Counted from the stretch's first letter, positions 8,851 through 19,926 are shown. The stretch is 64,000 nt of DNA from an uncultured candidate division Zixibacteria bacterium (GCA_963668625.2 CAXXKA010000006.1:256001-320000); one strand, 5' to 3'. A program made the numbers and translations. The notes: generated from the sequence alone by a model not told the origin.

Positions 8851-11808
8851 TTATTGGTTTATCTTCACCACATCCACGAGCTTGTTGATAATTGCCGAAG
8901 CTTTTTCTGCCCTGGCTATAAACTCCTGATATAACCTTTCACTGGCCTCCGGGCTCTGGCCATACCCCATACTCACCGCAACCGTAGGTAAATATTCGGG
9001 ATTGATAACATTATGAGCGGCAACTTTCAATCGGTATAAATCGCGCATGTTTTTGATGAAACTCAGATGTTGCTCTATATAGTGGAACCTGTCAGCTTGC
9101 GATATCTCGGTTTTGATAAGCCAGTGAAGAAACCGTCGCGAGAGGGGATTCCTGACTTTATGCTTGGTTTTGTAAATCAATAAAAGCATCTCGATATCGC
9201 GCAATCCACCGCGACATTCCTTGATATCCGCTTGATGGTTCTCATCGTTAACTGCGTGGCGCGATTTGATCTCGTTTATCATATAGTCGATATATTCTTT
9301 GCCCCGGTCGAATATGAACGGCTTTATTATCTGGTCCTGAAGTTTCTGCTCGAGTTTGTTCGATCCCACCAGCATCCTGGAGGAGAGCAATTGAGATTGA
9401 TCCACGAATAGATCCTCGCTGCCGCCGGCCAGGTGATCGGCCAATTGGTCGAAACTGATAGCATATGAATCGAAATGGTCGGCGAACCTGTGATGAGGAA
9501 GTATGCCGCGCTTGAGTATTTCGGAATTCATCTTGCCGACTATTTTATTGCAGTAGTCTATTTTCTCCTCGTCTTCCGAATCGAGAATAGCGATCATATC
9601 GTAATCATCATCGAATCCCTGTTCCCGGGCGTGCCCACCGGTGGCGTATAGCGCGAACAGGTCATGCGTATGCATCGAATAACCCAGCGCCAGATGTACC
9701 TCCGCCTGGCAATAGCCGTGAAGCGTGAGCGTGTAGTTATCGCAAAACTCGGTGAATTCGGCATCGGTTAACTCGCAGGAGGCGCCGTTCATTGCCAATA
9801 AGCTGATACGCACGAATTCCAGATCGTAATAATCACCTAATTGCACCAGGCGTTCTTTCAATGTTTGCAATGTGGTCAAATCGCTGTAATATCCGCTGGT
9901 GATTTCCTTGAGCTGCTCGTTGTTGTGCAAGTTACGGATAAACATCGGGTGCTTGTTCAAGGTCTGGAAGAAATGGCGTTTGAAAAAATGACTGCTATCG
10001 TAATGCAACTCCGATAAAATAAGAAGTTGCTTATGAATTGGCTGATAGTGAGGTATGGCCGGATCGGGCTGGATCATATGATTGAATTTTGCCAGCGATT
10101 CATTATCGATCATCGCCAAAAACTTGTTTAGCTGTTCAGGGTAAGCGTTTATTATGTATGTCATGGAGGTACTGACATCTGGAATACCGGCCAGCTCATC
10201 GATATATGATTTGCTGATTAAGGCAAAAACTTCTTTCTCGGATTCTTTTTCGGCTCGCTCTCCCAGAATAACAAGGAATCTTAGCGCCGAGGAGGGGTTA
10301 ATATGTGTGCCCGATACGTAAACTCTGGCAACTTTTTTTGCGAGCCTGATAGGCATACCCCTGAAACTATCGACGAATCCCTCATAGAATATACTGTCCT
10401 CGTCTTTTAACTCCTCCAGGAAATCATCCCAATAGGTGATACCTTTGAAAAACTTCGTTGACTTGGCGAAATCGAGCGCCAGGTTTCCCTCGTAGCCGAG
10501 CTTGGTCGTGCTGGAAAGGGAGAAGATCGGTTTGAACACGCTTATCCTGTGAAGATGCTTGATCAGGTCACTGGAAAGTATGCTGATCGCTTTCATGGTC
10601 CGTTCGAGGTGTTCGTAATAGTTAACCAGCATGAAATCCTTGGCGGAGATGACGCCTTTGGGTTGATAACCCAATATCTCGGCTATCTTGGCAACGACTT
10701 CCACGATACCCGGCTCGCCGAGATTGATATCCTCCTCTTGAACTACCATTATCTGGTAGAGATGCCTGAATAATTCGAGAAAGCTCAAAGCTTTTTCCAG
10801 ATCTTCGTATTCGTTCAATCGTTCCGGATTTTTGGTTTTGAGATTTTCGATAATATCCCAGGCGTTCAATTTATCGATATTGTAAACCAGTTTTAATGCC
10901 GAGAGCAGGCTTTTGATAGGTCGCAATCCCTCATCCTTGGGATTTATTACCTCCTCGGGATGTATAGCTCGCAGCAGCGAATTTATCTCTCCGAGAATTC
11001 CCCTGAGATATCCCTCGTGATACTGGTTTTCTTTCTTGCCGTACGAATAAAAAAATCTGTCGGTGACCCTTTTTCTGAACTCCTCGTAAAGATCATAGCT
11101 GCCGAAAATATTTGCCGCCCCCAGCATCTCCGAGATAATCACGAAATCGTAAATATTGCGTTCAAGTATATCCTCGAAATCCTCGATAGTCGCCGCTAAG
11201 CTGTGAGAACCGATATGCTCGGAAAGATGGAAATGCAACCGGGTGGCTTTTTTGAACATCTCCATGGAAAGCTGACCGATTGCCCGGTTCAACGATTCGG
11301 CGTCGCCCTCTCCATGATAGATAATACCAAGATCGATATCATCCTGGTCGGCTCTCGTGCCGACACTGATCATAACGAACTCGGGTATATTTTTATCAGC
11401 GAAAAATATATTCAGCAGTCGTTCCATGTAGCATTTGGTCAGGTAACGGAACATCCGACCGGCTTCCAGCATCAAACGCTTGGAAACATCGAAACGATCG
11501 GGGTTGGTGGATAGCTCCAGCTTGGTGATATCGATCATGCGGAGGTTCATCTGTAAAAACTGTATGGCGTAATAACAACCCAAGAACTCGAGTTTCTGCT
11601 TATTGTCCTCGGCAACCTCCATTACGGTGTCCATTTCGCCGGGTATCTCCATCGAGTAGCTGAATAGATGCACCCTGTCGCGTCGCCCTTTTTTCTCCAG
11701 CGCAGCGATCAATGATTCTATATTGGTCGAGATAATGTGAATATATTTTCTGTTGTAATTACCGAGATTTTGAATTCTGTCGGTAAGCCGAGTAAGTGGG
11801 TCTTTCAT
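8851..11808 (-). CDS. Divergent GlnE-like protein with two Pol-beta nucleotidyltransferase modules
   Basis: Two G..DxD motifs (SVGTRADQDDIDL; ATGGHAREQGFDDDYDM), each followed by a GlnE/GlnD helical domain motif (NPKDEGLRPIK; DIKECRGGLRDIEML); 985 aa, similar in size to GlnE. Confidence 0.7.
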   Translation of the reverse strand: MKDPLTRLTDRIQNLGNYNRKYIHIISTNIESLIAALEKKGRRDRVHLFSYSMEIPGEMDTVMEVAEDNKQKLEFLGCYYAIQFLQMNLRMIDITKLELSTNPDRFDVSKRLMLEAGRMFRYLTKCYMERLLNIFFADKNIPEFVMISVGTRADQDDIDLGIIYHGEGDAESLNRAIGQLSMEMFKKATRLHFHLSEHIGSHSLAATIEDFEDILERNIYDFVIISEMLGAANIFGSYDLYEEFRKRVTDRFFYSYGKKENQYHEGYLRGILGEINSLLRAIHPEEVINPKDEGLRPIKSLLSALKLVYNIDKLNAWDIIENLKTKNPERLNEYEDLEKALSFLELFRHLYQIMVVQEEDINLGEPGIVEVVAKIAEILGYQPKGVISAKDFMLVNYYEHLERTMKAISILSSDLIKHLHRISVFKPIFSLSSTTKLGYEGNLALDFAKSTKFFKGITYWDDFLEELKDEDSIFYEGFVDSFRGMPIRLAKKVARVYVSGTHINPSSALRFLVILGERAEKESEKEVFALISKSYIDELAGIPDVSTSMTYIINAYPEQLNKFLAMIDNESLAKFNHMIQPDPAIPHYQPIHKQLLILSELHYDSSHFFKRHFFQTLNKHPMFIRNLHNNEQLKEITSGYYSDLTTLQTLKERLVQLGDYYDLEFVRISLLAMNGASCELTDAEFTEFCDNYTLTLHGYCQAEVHLALGYSMHTHDLFALYATGGHAREQGFDDDYDMIAILDSEDEEKIDYCNKIVGKMNSEILKRGILPHHRFADHFDSYAISFDQLADHLAGGSEDLFVDQSQLLSSRMLVGSNKLEQKLQDQIIKPFIFDRGKEYIDYMINEIKSRHAVNDENHQADIKECRGGLRDIEMLLLIYKTKHKVRNPLSRRFLHWLIKTEISQADRFHYIEQHLSFIKNMRDLYRLKVAAHNVINPEYLPTVAVSMGYGQSPEASERLYQEFIARAEKASAIINKLVDVVKINQ

Positions 11809-12330
11809 TAAGATTTTCCTTGGCGTTTTCGCTTATGAATATTTCACATCTTTATTTATGATAATCAGCAAATCGTTTTCAGGTGTATGATACCTGAAAT
11901 TATCGACAGTTTCAAGAATATATGAATAAATATTCGATCAAGCAATACAAAAGAGTATGTAAGTCTTTATATCAACTATGCTAAGCGGAAAATCAACCGG
12001 TTTAATAGAGCTAACAATATTTCGCTCATCTAATTCGATCATAGAATATTTTATTGTTTTTTTATTTTTTATTGGACATTTCGGAATGCCTTTATTAGAT
12101 TAATAAGAGCACCTAGCTAACAGCACCTTTGGTGAGCTTTAACAATTAGATAAGTGATATCATTATTTTAACGTTTTTCGGGATGGTTTTATATCATGCC
12201 GGCGAACTTTTTACATCATTGGTTTTTGCCGAGGTTTGACATCTATGCCAGGTAACATCATGATGAGGCTTTTAACCTCACTAACCGGATTAAAAGTTAA
12301 ACGAATTATCTATAGACATTGGAGAAATCT

Positions 12331-12612
12331 ATGAAATACTGGAGAACTCCATTAGATGTGGACAAGCTAAAAATACCCAGGGGAGAGTTGCACATTATCA
12401 AGGAGCGTTGTAAGGGATGCGCTTTTTGCGTTGAGTACTGTCCCAAGGGTGTTTTGAAACTTTCGGATGAATTCAACTCGAAAGGCTACCACCCGCCGGA
12501 GGTCATAAACGCGGATGATTGCGTGAACTGCGATCTTTGCGAGATGCTTTGCCCCGATTTCGCGATCTACTGCGTGACAATCGAACAGGGAGAAAAGGAG
12601 GCAGCCCAATGA
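12331..12612 (+). CDS. korD: 2-oxoacid:ferredoxin oxidoreductase delta subunit (2x4Fe-4S)
   Basis: CKGCAFCVEYCP...CVNCDLCEMLCPDFAI; ATG after GGAGA; ATGA overlap with the alpha subunit. Confidence 0.88.
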   Translation: MKYWRTPLDVDKLKIPRGELHIIKERCKGCAFCVEYCPKGVLKLSDEFNSKGYHPPEVINADDCVNCDLCEMLCPDFAIYCVTIEQGEKEAAQ

Positions 12613-13766
12613 AGGCCGATCCTCAAAATGTGTTAACCGGTTCTCATTATCTCGATGGCAACCATGCCTCGGCGGAGGGAGCAATCGCGGCCGGCTGCAA
12701 GTTTTTTGCCGGTTACCCGATCACGCCCTCGACCGAGATAGCCGAAAGGTTCGCCTCCCGGATACCTCTATTGGGAGGAGTGTTCATTCAGATGGAGGAT
12801 GAGCTGGCGAGTATGAACGCCATTCTGGGAGCCTCATGGGGTGGATTAAAAACGATGACCTGTACCTCCGGGCCGGGATTCTCGCTCATGATGGAGAATT
12901 TCGGGTTGGGATTGATGCTCGAGACGCCGACCGTGCTGGTGAACGTTCAACGCGGCGGCCCCTCTACGGGTTTGCCGACTCTGCCCGGGCAGGCCGATAT
13001 GATGCAGGCTCGCTGGGGGTCGCATGGTGATTATGAGGTGATCGCGCTCGCGCCGGACTCTCCGCAGGAATCGTTCGAGTTGACGATTCACGCGTTCAAC
13101 CTGGCCGAGAAATACCGTATGCCGGTGTTGGTGATGACAGACGAGTGCGTCGGTCATATGACCGAGAAGGTCGTAATTCCCAAACCGGAGGAGATTGAGC
13201 TGACCGAGCGGCGCTATACCAAGAAAGCTCCGGGAGAGGCCTGGCCGTATGAGACCAACGGCGATAAAATTCCCCCGATGCTGCCTGTTGGAAAAGGCTA
13301 CAAATTCCATGTCACCGGGCTGACTCATGATTTTAAAGGTTACCCGGTAATCAACGCCGAGGCCCAGAAGCTGGCGGTAAATCACCTGATCGATAAAGTC
13401 AAAGATAACATTGATGATATCATCTGGCTGGAGGAAGAGGATACCGACAACGCCGATATTATCGTGTTGGCTTATGGTATATCCTCTCGTGTGGTCAGAC
13501 CTGCAATTGCCAAAGCCAAAAAGGATGGTATAAAAATCGGCCTCATCAAGATGGTTACGGTCTGGCCCTTCCCCGAAAAGAGGATCAGGGAACTGGCCGA
13601 TAAGGTCAACTCGCTGATAATGGTCGAGATGAACATGGGGCAGGTATATTTGGAAATGGATCGTTGTGCCGCCGGTAAATGTAAAACTTACCTTTGCGGT
13701 CACGAGGGCGGTACGGTACACGACCCCATGGATATTTATCAAACGATAAAGGAGGCCGCCAAATGA
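12609..13766 (+). CDS. korA: 2-oxoacid:ferredoxin oxidoreductase alpha subunit
   Basis: FFAGYPITPSTE, QMEDE, TSGPGFSLM, QRGGPSTGLPT. Probable start is ATG 12609, not 12519. Confidence 0.93.
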   Translation: MKADPQNVLTGSHYLDGNHASAEGAIAAGCKFFAGYPITPSTEIAERFASRIPLLGGVFIQMEDELASMNAILGASWGGLKTMTCTSGPGFSLMMENFGLGLMLETPTVLVNVQRGGPSTGLPTLPGQADMMQARWGSHGDYEVIALAPDSPQESFELTIHAFNLAEKYRMPVLVMTDECVGHMTEKVVIPKPEEIELTERRYTKKAPGEAWPYETNGDKIPPMLPVGKGYKFHVTGLTHDFKGYPVINAEAQKLAVNHLIDKVKDNIDDIIWLEEEDTDNADIIVLAYGISSRVVRPAIAKAKKDGIKIGLIKMVTVWPFPEKRIRELADKVNSLIMVEMNMGQVYLEMDRCAAGKCKTYLCGHEGGTVHDPMDIYQTIKEAAK

Positions 13767-14650
13767 GCTTGGAAACAGCACCTCCCAAGGTAGTAAAAGA
13801 GCACCCGATGGAGAATCTGTTGCGAATGGATCGCATTCCCCATATCTGGTGTCCGACCTGCGGTCTGGGAACGACGGTTACGGCGTTGGCGGCCGCACTG
13901 GAACAACTTCGCTACGACTTGAACAACGTGGCTATATTCTCCGGCATCGGCTGCACCGGCAGGGTGGCCGGTTATCTGAAACTCGACTCGTTCCATACCA
14001 CCCACGGGCGTTCGATCCCATTCGCCGCCGGATTCCATATAGCTAATCCCAAGATGAAAACGATCGTGTTTTCCGGGGATGGTGATTTGATCTCGATCGG
14101 CGGTAATCATTTCATTCACTCGGCCAGACGTAATCTCGATATTACGGTTATCTGCGTGAATAATTTCATCTACGCCATGACCGGCGGACAGGTTGCGCCT
14201 ACCACCCCGATGACAGCCAACACCTCGACCTCGCCGCACGGCAGTTACGAGCATCCTTTTAACCTGCCGCTTCTGGCCGGTTCCTGCGGCGCTTCGTATG
14301 TAGCTCGTTGGACATGCCTGCATATTCGACGCTTGACCACGGCTATTAAAGAGGCGCTGGAAAAACCCGGTTTTTCATTCGTAGAAGTCATAGCTCCGTG
14401 TTCTACCCTTTATGCCAGACGGAATCGTCTGGGGGATGGCTTGAGCTTGATGAAATTCTATCACGATAACAGCATAATAAAACACGGCGCTGATTTGAAC
14501 GAGGTAGATATCGGCTACCAGACTAAAATAGTATGTGGCAAATTCATAGATATTCAAAAACCAACTTACATCGATTCGATGAACGAAGGGCTGAGCAGGA
14601 AGTTTGGTGATAAGTATAAACCCTACGGAGGCGGTAATGGCAACAGCTGA
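13763..14650 (+). CDS. korB: 2-oxoacid:ferredoxin oxidoreductase beta subunit (TPP-binding)
   Basis: WCPTCG, SGIGC, HTTHGR, GDGD...NN TPP motif, YAMTGGQ; ATGA overlap at 13763. Confidence 0.93.
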   Translation: MSLETAPPKVVKEHPMENLLRMDRIPHIWCPTCGLGTTVTALAAALEQLRYDLNNVAIFSGIGCTGRVAGYLKLDSFHTTHGRSIPFAAGFHIANPKMKTIVFSGDGDLISIGGNHFIHSARRNLDITVICVNNFIYAMTGGQVAPTTPMTANTSTSPHGSYEHPFNLPLLAGSCGASYVARWTCLHIRRLTTAIKEALEKPGFSFVEVIAPCSTLYARRNRLGDGLSLMKFYHDNSIIKHGADLNEVDIGYQTKIVCGKFIDIQKPTYIDSMNEGLSRKFGDKYKPYGGGNGNS

Positions 14651-15203
14651 GATCAGAATCACCGGCCTTGGAGGTCAGGGGGTTATACTTTGCGGATATA
14701 TTATCGGCAAAGCGGCATCGATTTACAACAATCAGCACGCGACCCTTACCCAGAGTTTCGGACCGGAGGCGCGAGGCAGCGCCTGCAGCGCTCAGGTTAT
14801 AGTTTCCGATGACCGCGTGCTCTATCCGTACGTTACGGCCGCGGATATTCTTATCGCCATTTCCAATGATGGTTATATCAAGCATAAAGACACCATCTCG
14901 GATAGCGCGATTATCTGTTATGAGAAGGATCTCGTAAAAATCGAACAACACGGCAAAAACGTGAAAACATTCGGTGTGCCGGCTACCAGGTTCGCCGAGG
15001 ACCTGGGCCGAAAGATCGTGCTCAATATTGTCATGCTGGGTTTTTTCGGCGCGACAACCGGATTGATATCGCGTGAGGCGCTTCACCAGGGAGTAGAACA
15101 TTCGGTTCCCCCGGGAACGGAGGAGTTGAATTTGAAAGCGTTCGATAAAGGCTATGACTACGGTCTCGAACTGATTAAAGGTAACAAAGCCGTTACGGCT
15201 TAG
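14637..15203 (+). CDS. korC: 2-oxoacid:ferredoxin oxidoreductase gamma subunit
   Basis: [29 protein letters not shown]; ATG 14637 after GGAGG. Confidence 0.92.
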   Translation: MATAEIRITGLGGQGVILCGYIIGKAASIYNNQHATLTQSFGPEARGSACSAQVIVSDDRVLYPYVTAADILIAISNDGYIKHKDTISDSAIICYEKDLVKIEQHGKNVKTFGVPATRFAEDLGRKIVLNIVMLGFFGATTGLISREALHQGVEHSVPPGTEELNLKAFDKGYDYGLELIKGNKAVTA

Positions 15204-15240
15204 GGGTAAACTTCAAGAAAAGCAGCGGAAGGAAGAAGCT

Positions 15241-18200
15241 ATGCCCCAGGATAAAAAACGAGAAAAAGGGGTACTGGTAATCGGTGGTGGAATTACCGGG
15301 ATTCAGGCGGCTCTCGATTTAGCCTCCTCCCGGGTGAAAGTTTACCTGGTCGAAAAATCACCGTCATTGGGCGGCAGGATGGCTCAACTGGATAAAACTT
15401 TCCCCACTATGGATTGCTCGATATGAATACTCGGTCCGCGTATGATGGATGCCGGTCGGCATCCTAATATCGAGTTATTCACTAACTCCGAACTGGTAGA
15501 ATTCGGTGGTCGGGCCGGTGATTTCAGGGCGACTATCAGAAAACATCCTCGTTATGTAGATGAGGATTTATGCACAGGCTGCGGCATTTGCGTCGATCAT
15601 TGCCCGGCAGTCGTGCCAAACGAATTCGAGGTCGGTATGGGAGCGCGTAAGGCGATCTATTCGCCGTTTGCTCAGGCAGTGCCCAATACTCACATCATCG
15701 ATAGAGACCATTGTTTGAACGATGATTTCCTGGTATGCGATCATTGCGCACAGGCTTGTGACAGGAACGCTATCAATTACGATGATACGGGAGAGGATGT
15801 CGAAATCGATATCGGAGCGGTTATACTTGCCACCGGTTTTGATGTTTACGATGCCTCGCAAATACCGGCTTACGGCTATACCATGAACGAGAACGTGCTG
15901 ACCAACATGGAACTTGAGCGCGTGTTGAACGCCTCCGGCCCGACACAGGGTCATCTCATTAGGCCCTCGGATAAGAAGCCGCCGAAAAGGATTGCTTTCA
16001 TACAATGTGTCGGTTCCCGTGGTGAGGGCAAAGAAAAGGGCTGCCAGTACTGTTCCCGTTTCTGCTGTATGAATGCGATCAAAGATTGCATGCTGGTAAA
16101 GCAGCACGAACCGGATATCGAGGAGATGCTCGTGTTCTATATCGATATGCGAGCCTCTGGTAAAGGATTCGAAGAGTTCTACCGGAGATCATACGAAATA
16201 CCCGAACTCAAGTATGTTCGAGGTCGTCCATCGAAAATCGTCGAGGATCCTAAAAATAAAAATATCACGATTATCGTCGAGGACGGCGAATCCGGCGAAG
16301 TAAAGCATGAGCTAGTAGATATGGTAGTGCTCTCCTCCGGCGCAGTCGCCTCCGAATCGAATCGTAAGCTGGCCGAGACAGTCGGCATAGAGCTCGAGGA
16401 TAACGGCTTTTTCAAAATCGATACCACCTATGGCTCGCCTCTTCATACCGCTAAAGAAGGTGTTTATATCTGTGGATGTGCCGGCGGTATAAATGATATC
16501 TCCGATTCGGTTGCGCAGGGTTCGGGAGCAGCCGCTGAGGCGGAAAGGTTCGTCGGCAAGCTTCGAGTTGAGGAAGTGCCGCGAGAGATAAAAGAACTGG
16601 ATGTTTCCGGGCCGCCACGCGTAGGCGTATTTATCTGCCATTGCGGAATCAATATCGCCGGTGTGCTGGATATGGAAGGTATGGAACGATTCGCAAATAC
16701 GATTCCCGATGTCACCTATGTCGAGCAAAACCTGTTTTTATGTTCGGATGAAGGACAACGTATGATGCAGGAAAAAATACTCGAACATGACCTCAACCGA
16801 GTGGTCGTTGCCGCCTGCACTCCCCGAACGCATGAGCCGATTTTCCGGGAAAGCTGCGAATTGGTGGGATTGAATCCGTACCTTTTCGAGATGGTCAATG
16901 TCCGAGATCAATGCTCGTGGGTGCACTCTAAAGATCCGGTCAGGGCGACATATCGAGCTAAAGATCAACTGAAGATGGGGGTCGCTAAGGCTCGCCACTT
17001 GCAGCCGCTGAAACGCAACACTATCCCCATCAATCAAAGCGTGCTGGTGGTTGGCGGAGGTATTGCCGGTATGAGATCGGCTCTCGATTTGGAAGCTCAG
17101 GGATTCAAAGTATTCCTCGTGGAAAAAGCGGGAAGGCTCGGCGGACGGTTAAACAATCTCACGCGGGTATATCCTGCCAACCTTTCGGCGTTCGAGCTTT
17201 CGCGCGTGATGGTCGAGAAGCTCAACTCCAGCCGAGTGGAGGTGCTCGCCTCGACAGAGATCAACTCGATCACCGGCTTCGTAGGTAATTTCGATGTTGC
17301 CACTACTAATGGTAATTTCCAGGTGGGGACAATCGTACTGGCAACCGGCGCGAACGTTTATCAACCCCGGAACGAATTCAATTACGATAAATTCGTTAAT
17401 GTTATCACCAACCAGGAGCTGGAGGAGATCATTCACAGTTCTAAGAAGGAGCTCACCATAAACGGGATAAAACCCAGGACCGTAGCTTTCATACAATGTG
17501 TAGGTTCCCGCGAACCCGAAAACAATGCTCATTGCGCCCGTTACTGCTGCCCGACAACGATAAAGCAGGCTATAAGGCTTCGAGAAAGCGGTATTAACGT
17601 GGTGGTGCTTCACAGGGATATGCGTACGGTAGGCGCCAAAGCAGAAGAACATTACCGTCACGCCCGGGAGCTTGGTGTTAAATTCATCCGCTATACTCCC
17701 GAACGAAAGCCGGATGTGCTGGGCAACGGCGAGAAAGCCGAAAGGCTCGAGATCATGGAACTGGCGTTGAAACGTAAGCTTGCCATGGATATTGATTTCG
17801 TGGTGTTGGCCTGTGGTATGGTACCGAATAAGGAGAGCACCGAGAAGCTTCAGGATATACTCAAAGTACCGCGTGGCGCGGATGGATTTTTCATGGAACG
17901 AAACTCCAAGCTCGGCCCGGTCGAGACAACCACCGAGGGCGTGTTCTTAGCCGGCTGCGTAAGCGGTCCGAAAGATATCTCGGACTCGATTGCCCAGGGG
18001 TCGGCTACCGCTGCCAAGGTTGCTCGATTCATCTCGAAAGACACGGTAGAGCTGGAACCCACGACCTGTATCGTCGAGCCGGCTCTATGTCGAGCCTGTG
18101 GTACCTGTGTCGATATCTGCGAATATCACGCGCCGAGTTTTACGATGGCCTCGCCGGGCTACAAAGTGGCCGAGATTAACCAGGCATTGTGCAAAGGCTG

Positions 18201-18306
18201 TGGTACCTGCGCGAGCTGGTGTCCCTCCGGGGCGATAACCTCGCTGCATTTTACCGATAATCAAATTCACGCGATGATGGATGTCCTTTTGGCGGAGGAG
18301 CAATAG
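15241..18306 (+). CDS. hdrA: Tandem (two-module) HdrA-like flavoprotein, selenoprotein (UGA 15424-15426 = Sec), 1021 aa
   Basis: ORFs 15241..15426 and 15442..18306 are in the same frame. Reading through TGA gives [21 protein letters not shown], the HdrA DC-x-x-C motif. SECIS-like hairpin downstream; two FAD-binding GxG motifs (GGGITG, GGGIAG). Confidence 0.9.
15447..15464 (+). promoter_or_regulatory. Bacterial-type SECIS element of hdrA copy 1
   Basis: GGATGCC-GGTC-GGCATCC: perfect 7-bp stem with a G-first loop starting 27 nt after the in-frame UGA. Confidence 0.8.
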
Positions 18307-18309
18307 CTT

Positions 18310-18780
18310 ATGGGAAAAATATCAGCAGAGAAAAAGTCCTCGAACGAAAAACGCATTTTCGTGCCGAACATAGTCGCGTTTGCCTGCAACTGGTGCAGCT
18401 ATGCCGGCGCTGATAACGCCGGAGTCAATCGCTTGCAGTATTCGCCTAATTTCCGCGTGATAAGAACGATGTGCTCGGGACGGGTGACCACCGGGTTCGT
18501 GCTCAAGGCTTTCAAGATGGGCGCGGATGCAGTTCTGGTATCCGGCTGTCATTTCGGAGATTGCCATTATATTTTCGGCAACTACAAAGCAGTCGATCAA
18601 TTCGAGAAAACCAAAGCGATGATTAAAACGCTAGGACTGGAACCTGAACGAGTCAGGCTCGAATGGGTATCAGCGGCCGAGGGGCCCGTATGGGCCAACT
18701 TGATAAACGAGTTTGTCCAGCAGATAACCGAACTCGGGCCGAGCCCGTTAAATCTAAAACCTAAATACGAGATAGCCTAG
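18310..18780 (+). CDS. mvhD: MvhD/FlxD [2Fe-2S] subunit
   Basis: FACNWCSYAGAD, IRTMCSGRV, SGCHFGDCHY, ERVRLEWVSAAEG. Confidence 0.93.
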   Translation: MGKISAEKKSSNEKRIFVPNIVAFACNWCSYAGADNAGVNRLQYSPNFRVIRTMCSGRVTTGFVLKAFKMGADAVLVSGCHFGDCHYIFGNYKAVDQFEKTKAMIKTLGLEPERVRLEWVSAAEGPVWANLINEFVQQITELGPSPLNLKPKYEIA

Positions 18781-18783
18781 ATT

Positions 18784-19926
18784 ATGAGCGAGGTATTAGA
18801 TAAACTTAAAAACAACCGCGCGTTTTTATGCCTCGAGTGCGGCAAATGTACGGCGGTGTGTCCGATATCGAAATTCAATGACGGTTATTCTCCCAGGCGT
18901 CTTTTAGCCGAGGGCGTGTTTTACGATGCCGAGGATTTGACCTCGGATAACCTGCTCTGGTCATGTCTCACTTGCCGGCTCTGTTCACAGAGGTGTCCGG
19001 TTGATGTTCACTACTCCGAATACATGCGGGATATGCGAGAGCGGGCGGCGAAGCAAGGAAAAACCGGTAATCCATCCCATAGCGGCGCTCTTCAGTATGT
19101 GATGGAGATAGCCGCCTCGCCAAAGTTAAAACAAGATCGCACCGGCTGGATTTCCAATGAACTGAAAACGAAAAAGGCCAAAGGTGATTACCTGTATTTC
19201 GTAGGTTGCTTGCCATACTACCAGGATTTCTTCGGCAAAGAGTTCGAGTTCGAACCGTCAAGTATAGCCAGAGATACGGTGAAGATTCTTAATCATATCG
19301 GCATCGAGCCGGTGGTTATGGAGAACGAACGCTGTTGTGCCCACGATCTCTACTGGCTTGGGAAACTCGATACTTTCGATAAAGTGGCGAAACTCAATAT
19401 CGAGGCAATCGAGGAAACCGGGGCTAAAACGATAATCACTGCCTGTCCCGAATGTGCTTACACCTTGAAAAAACTTTACCCGGAGAGAATAGAAAGCATG
19501 AATGTCGAGGTGAAGCACATAACCGAGATCGTCGATGAAAACATCGAGAGTTTCAAATTCAAGGATACCGAATTAAAAATAGCCTACCAGGATCCCTGCC
19601 GCCTGGGGAGATATCTTGAAATCTATGAGCAGCCTCGTCACTCGATGACCTCGGTACCGGGGGTAGAGTTAAAAGAGATGCTCCATAATGGCAAGGGTTC
19701 GATATGCTGCGGTACGACCAACTGGACGAATTGCGATGCCGTTTCTCGCCGCATACAGCAGAGCAGACTGATTGAGGCGAAAAATGCCGGTGCTGATAAG
19801 CTTGTTACCGCCTGTCCGAAATGCCAGATTCATTTCCGCTGCTCGGAGCGTTGCGAGGAATCCGACAGGGTGGGGATTGAGATAACAGATTACGTGAACT
19901 TAATAGCCTCAGCTTTGGATGGCTGA
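18784..19926 (+). CDS. HdrD/GlpC-like Fe-S oxidoreductase (HdrC-like plus CCG domains)
   Basis: CLECGKCTAVCP, LWSCLTCRLCSQRCP, FVGC, ERCC, TACPEC, YQDPCRLGR, ICCG, TACPKC. Confidence 0.88.
   Translation: MSEVLDKLKNNRAFLCLECGKCTAVCPISKFNDGYSPRRLLAEGVFYDAEDLTSDNLLWSCLTCRLCSQRCPVDVHYSEYMRDMRERAAKQGKTGNPSHSGALQYVMEIAASPKLKQDRTGWISNELKTKKAKGDYLYFVGCLPYYQDFFGKEFEFEPSSIARDTVKILNHIGIEPVVMENERCCAHDLYWLGKLDTFDKVAKLNIEAIEETGAKTIITACPECAYTLKKLYPERIESMNVEVKHITEIVDENIESFKFKDTELKIAYQDPCRLGRYLEIYEQPRHSMTSVPGVELKEMLHNGKGSICCGTTNWTNCDAVSRRIQQSRLIEAKNAGADKLVTACPKCQIHFRCSERCEESDRVGIEITDYVNLIASALDG

Noticed and set aside
11833-11849. TTATGAATATTTCACAT as a Rex operator
   Set aside because: The spacer between the TGA and TCA half-sites is 5 nt rather than 6 and the arms are imperfect.
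15241-15426. 61-aa and 203-aa (19982..20593) ORFs as separate genes or hdrA pseudogenes
   Set aside because: In-frame UGA at a conserved Cys position plus SECIS-like hairpins indicate selenocysteine readthrough.
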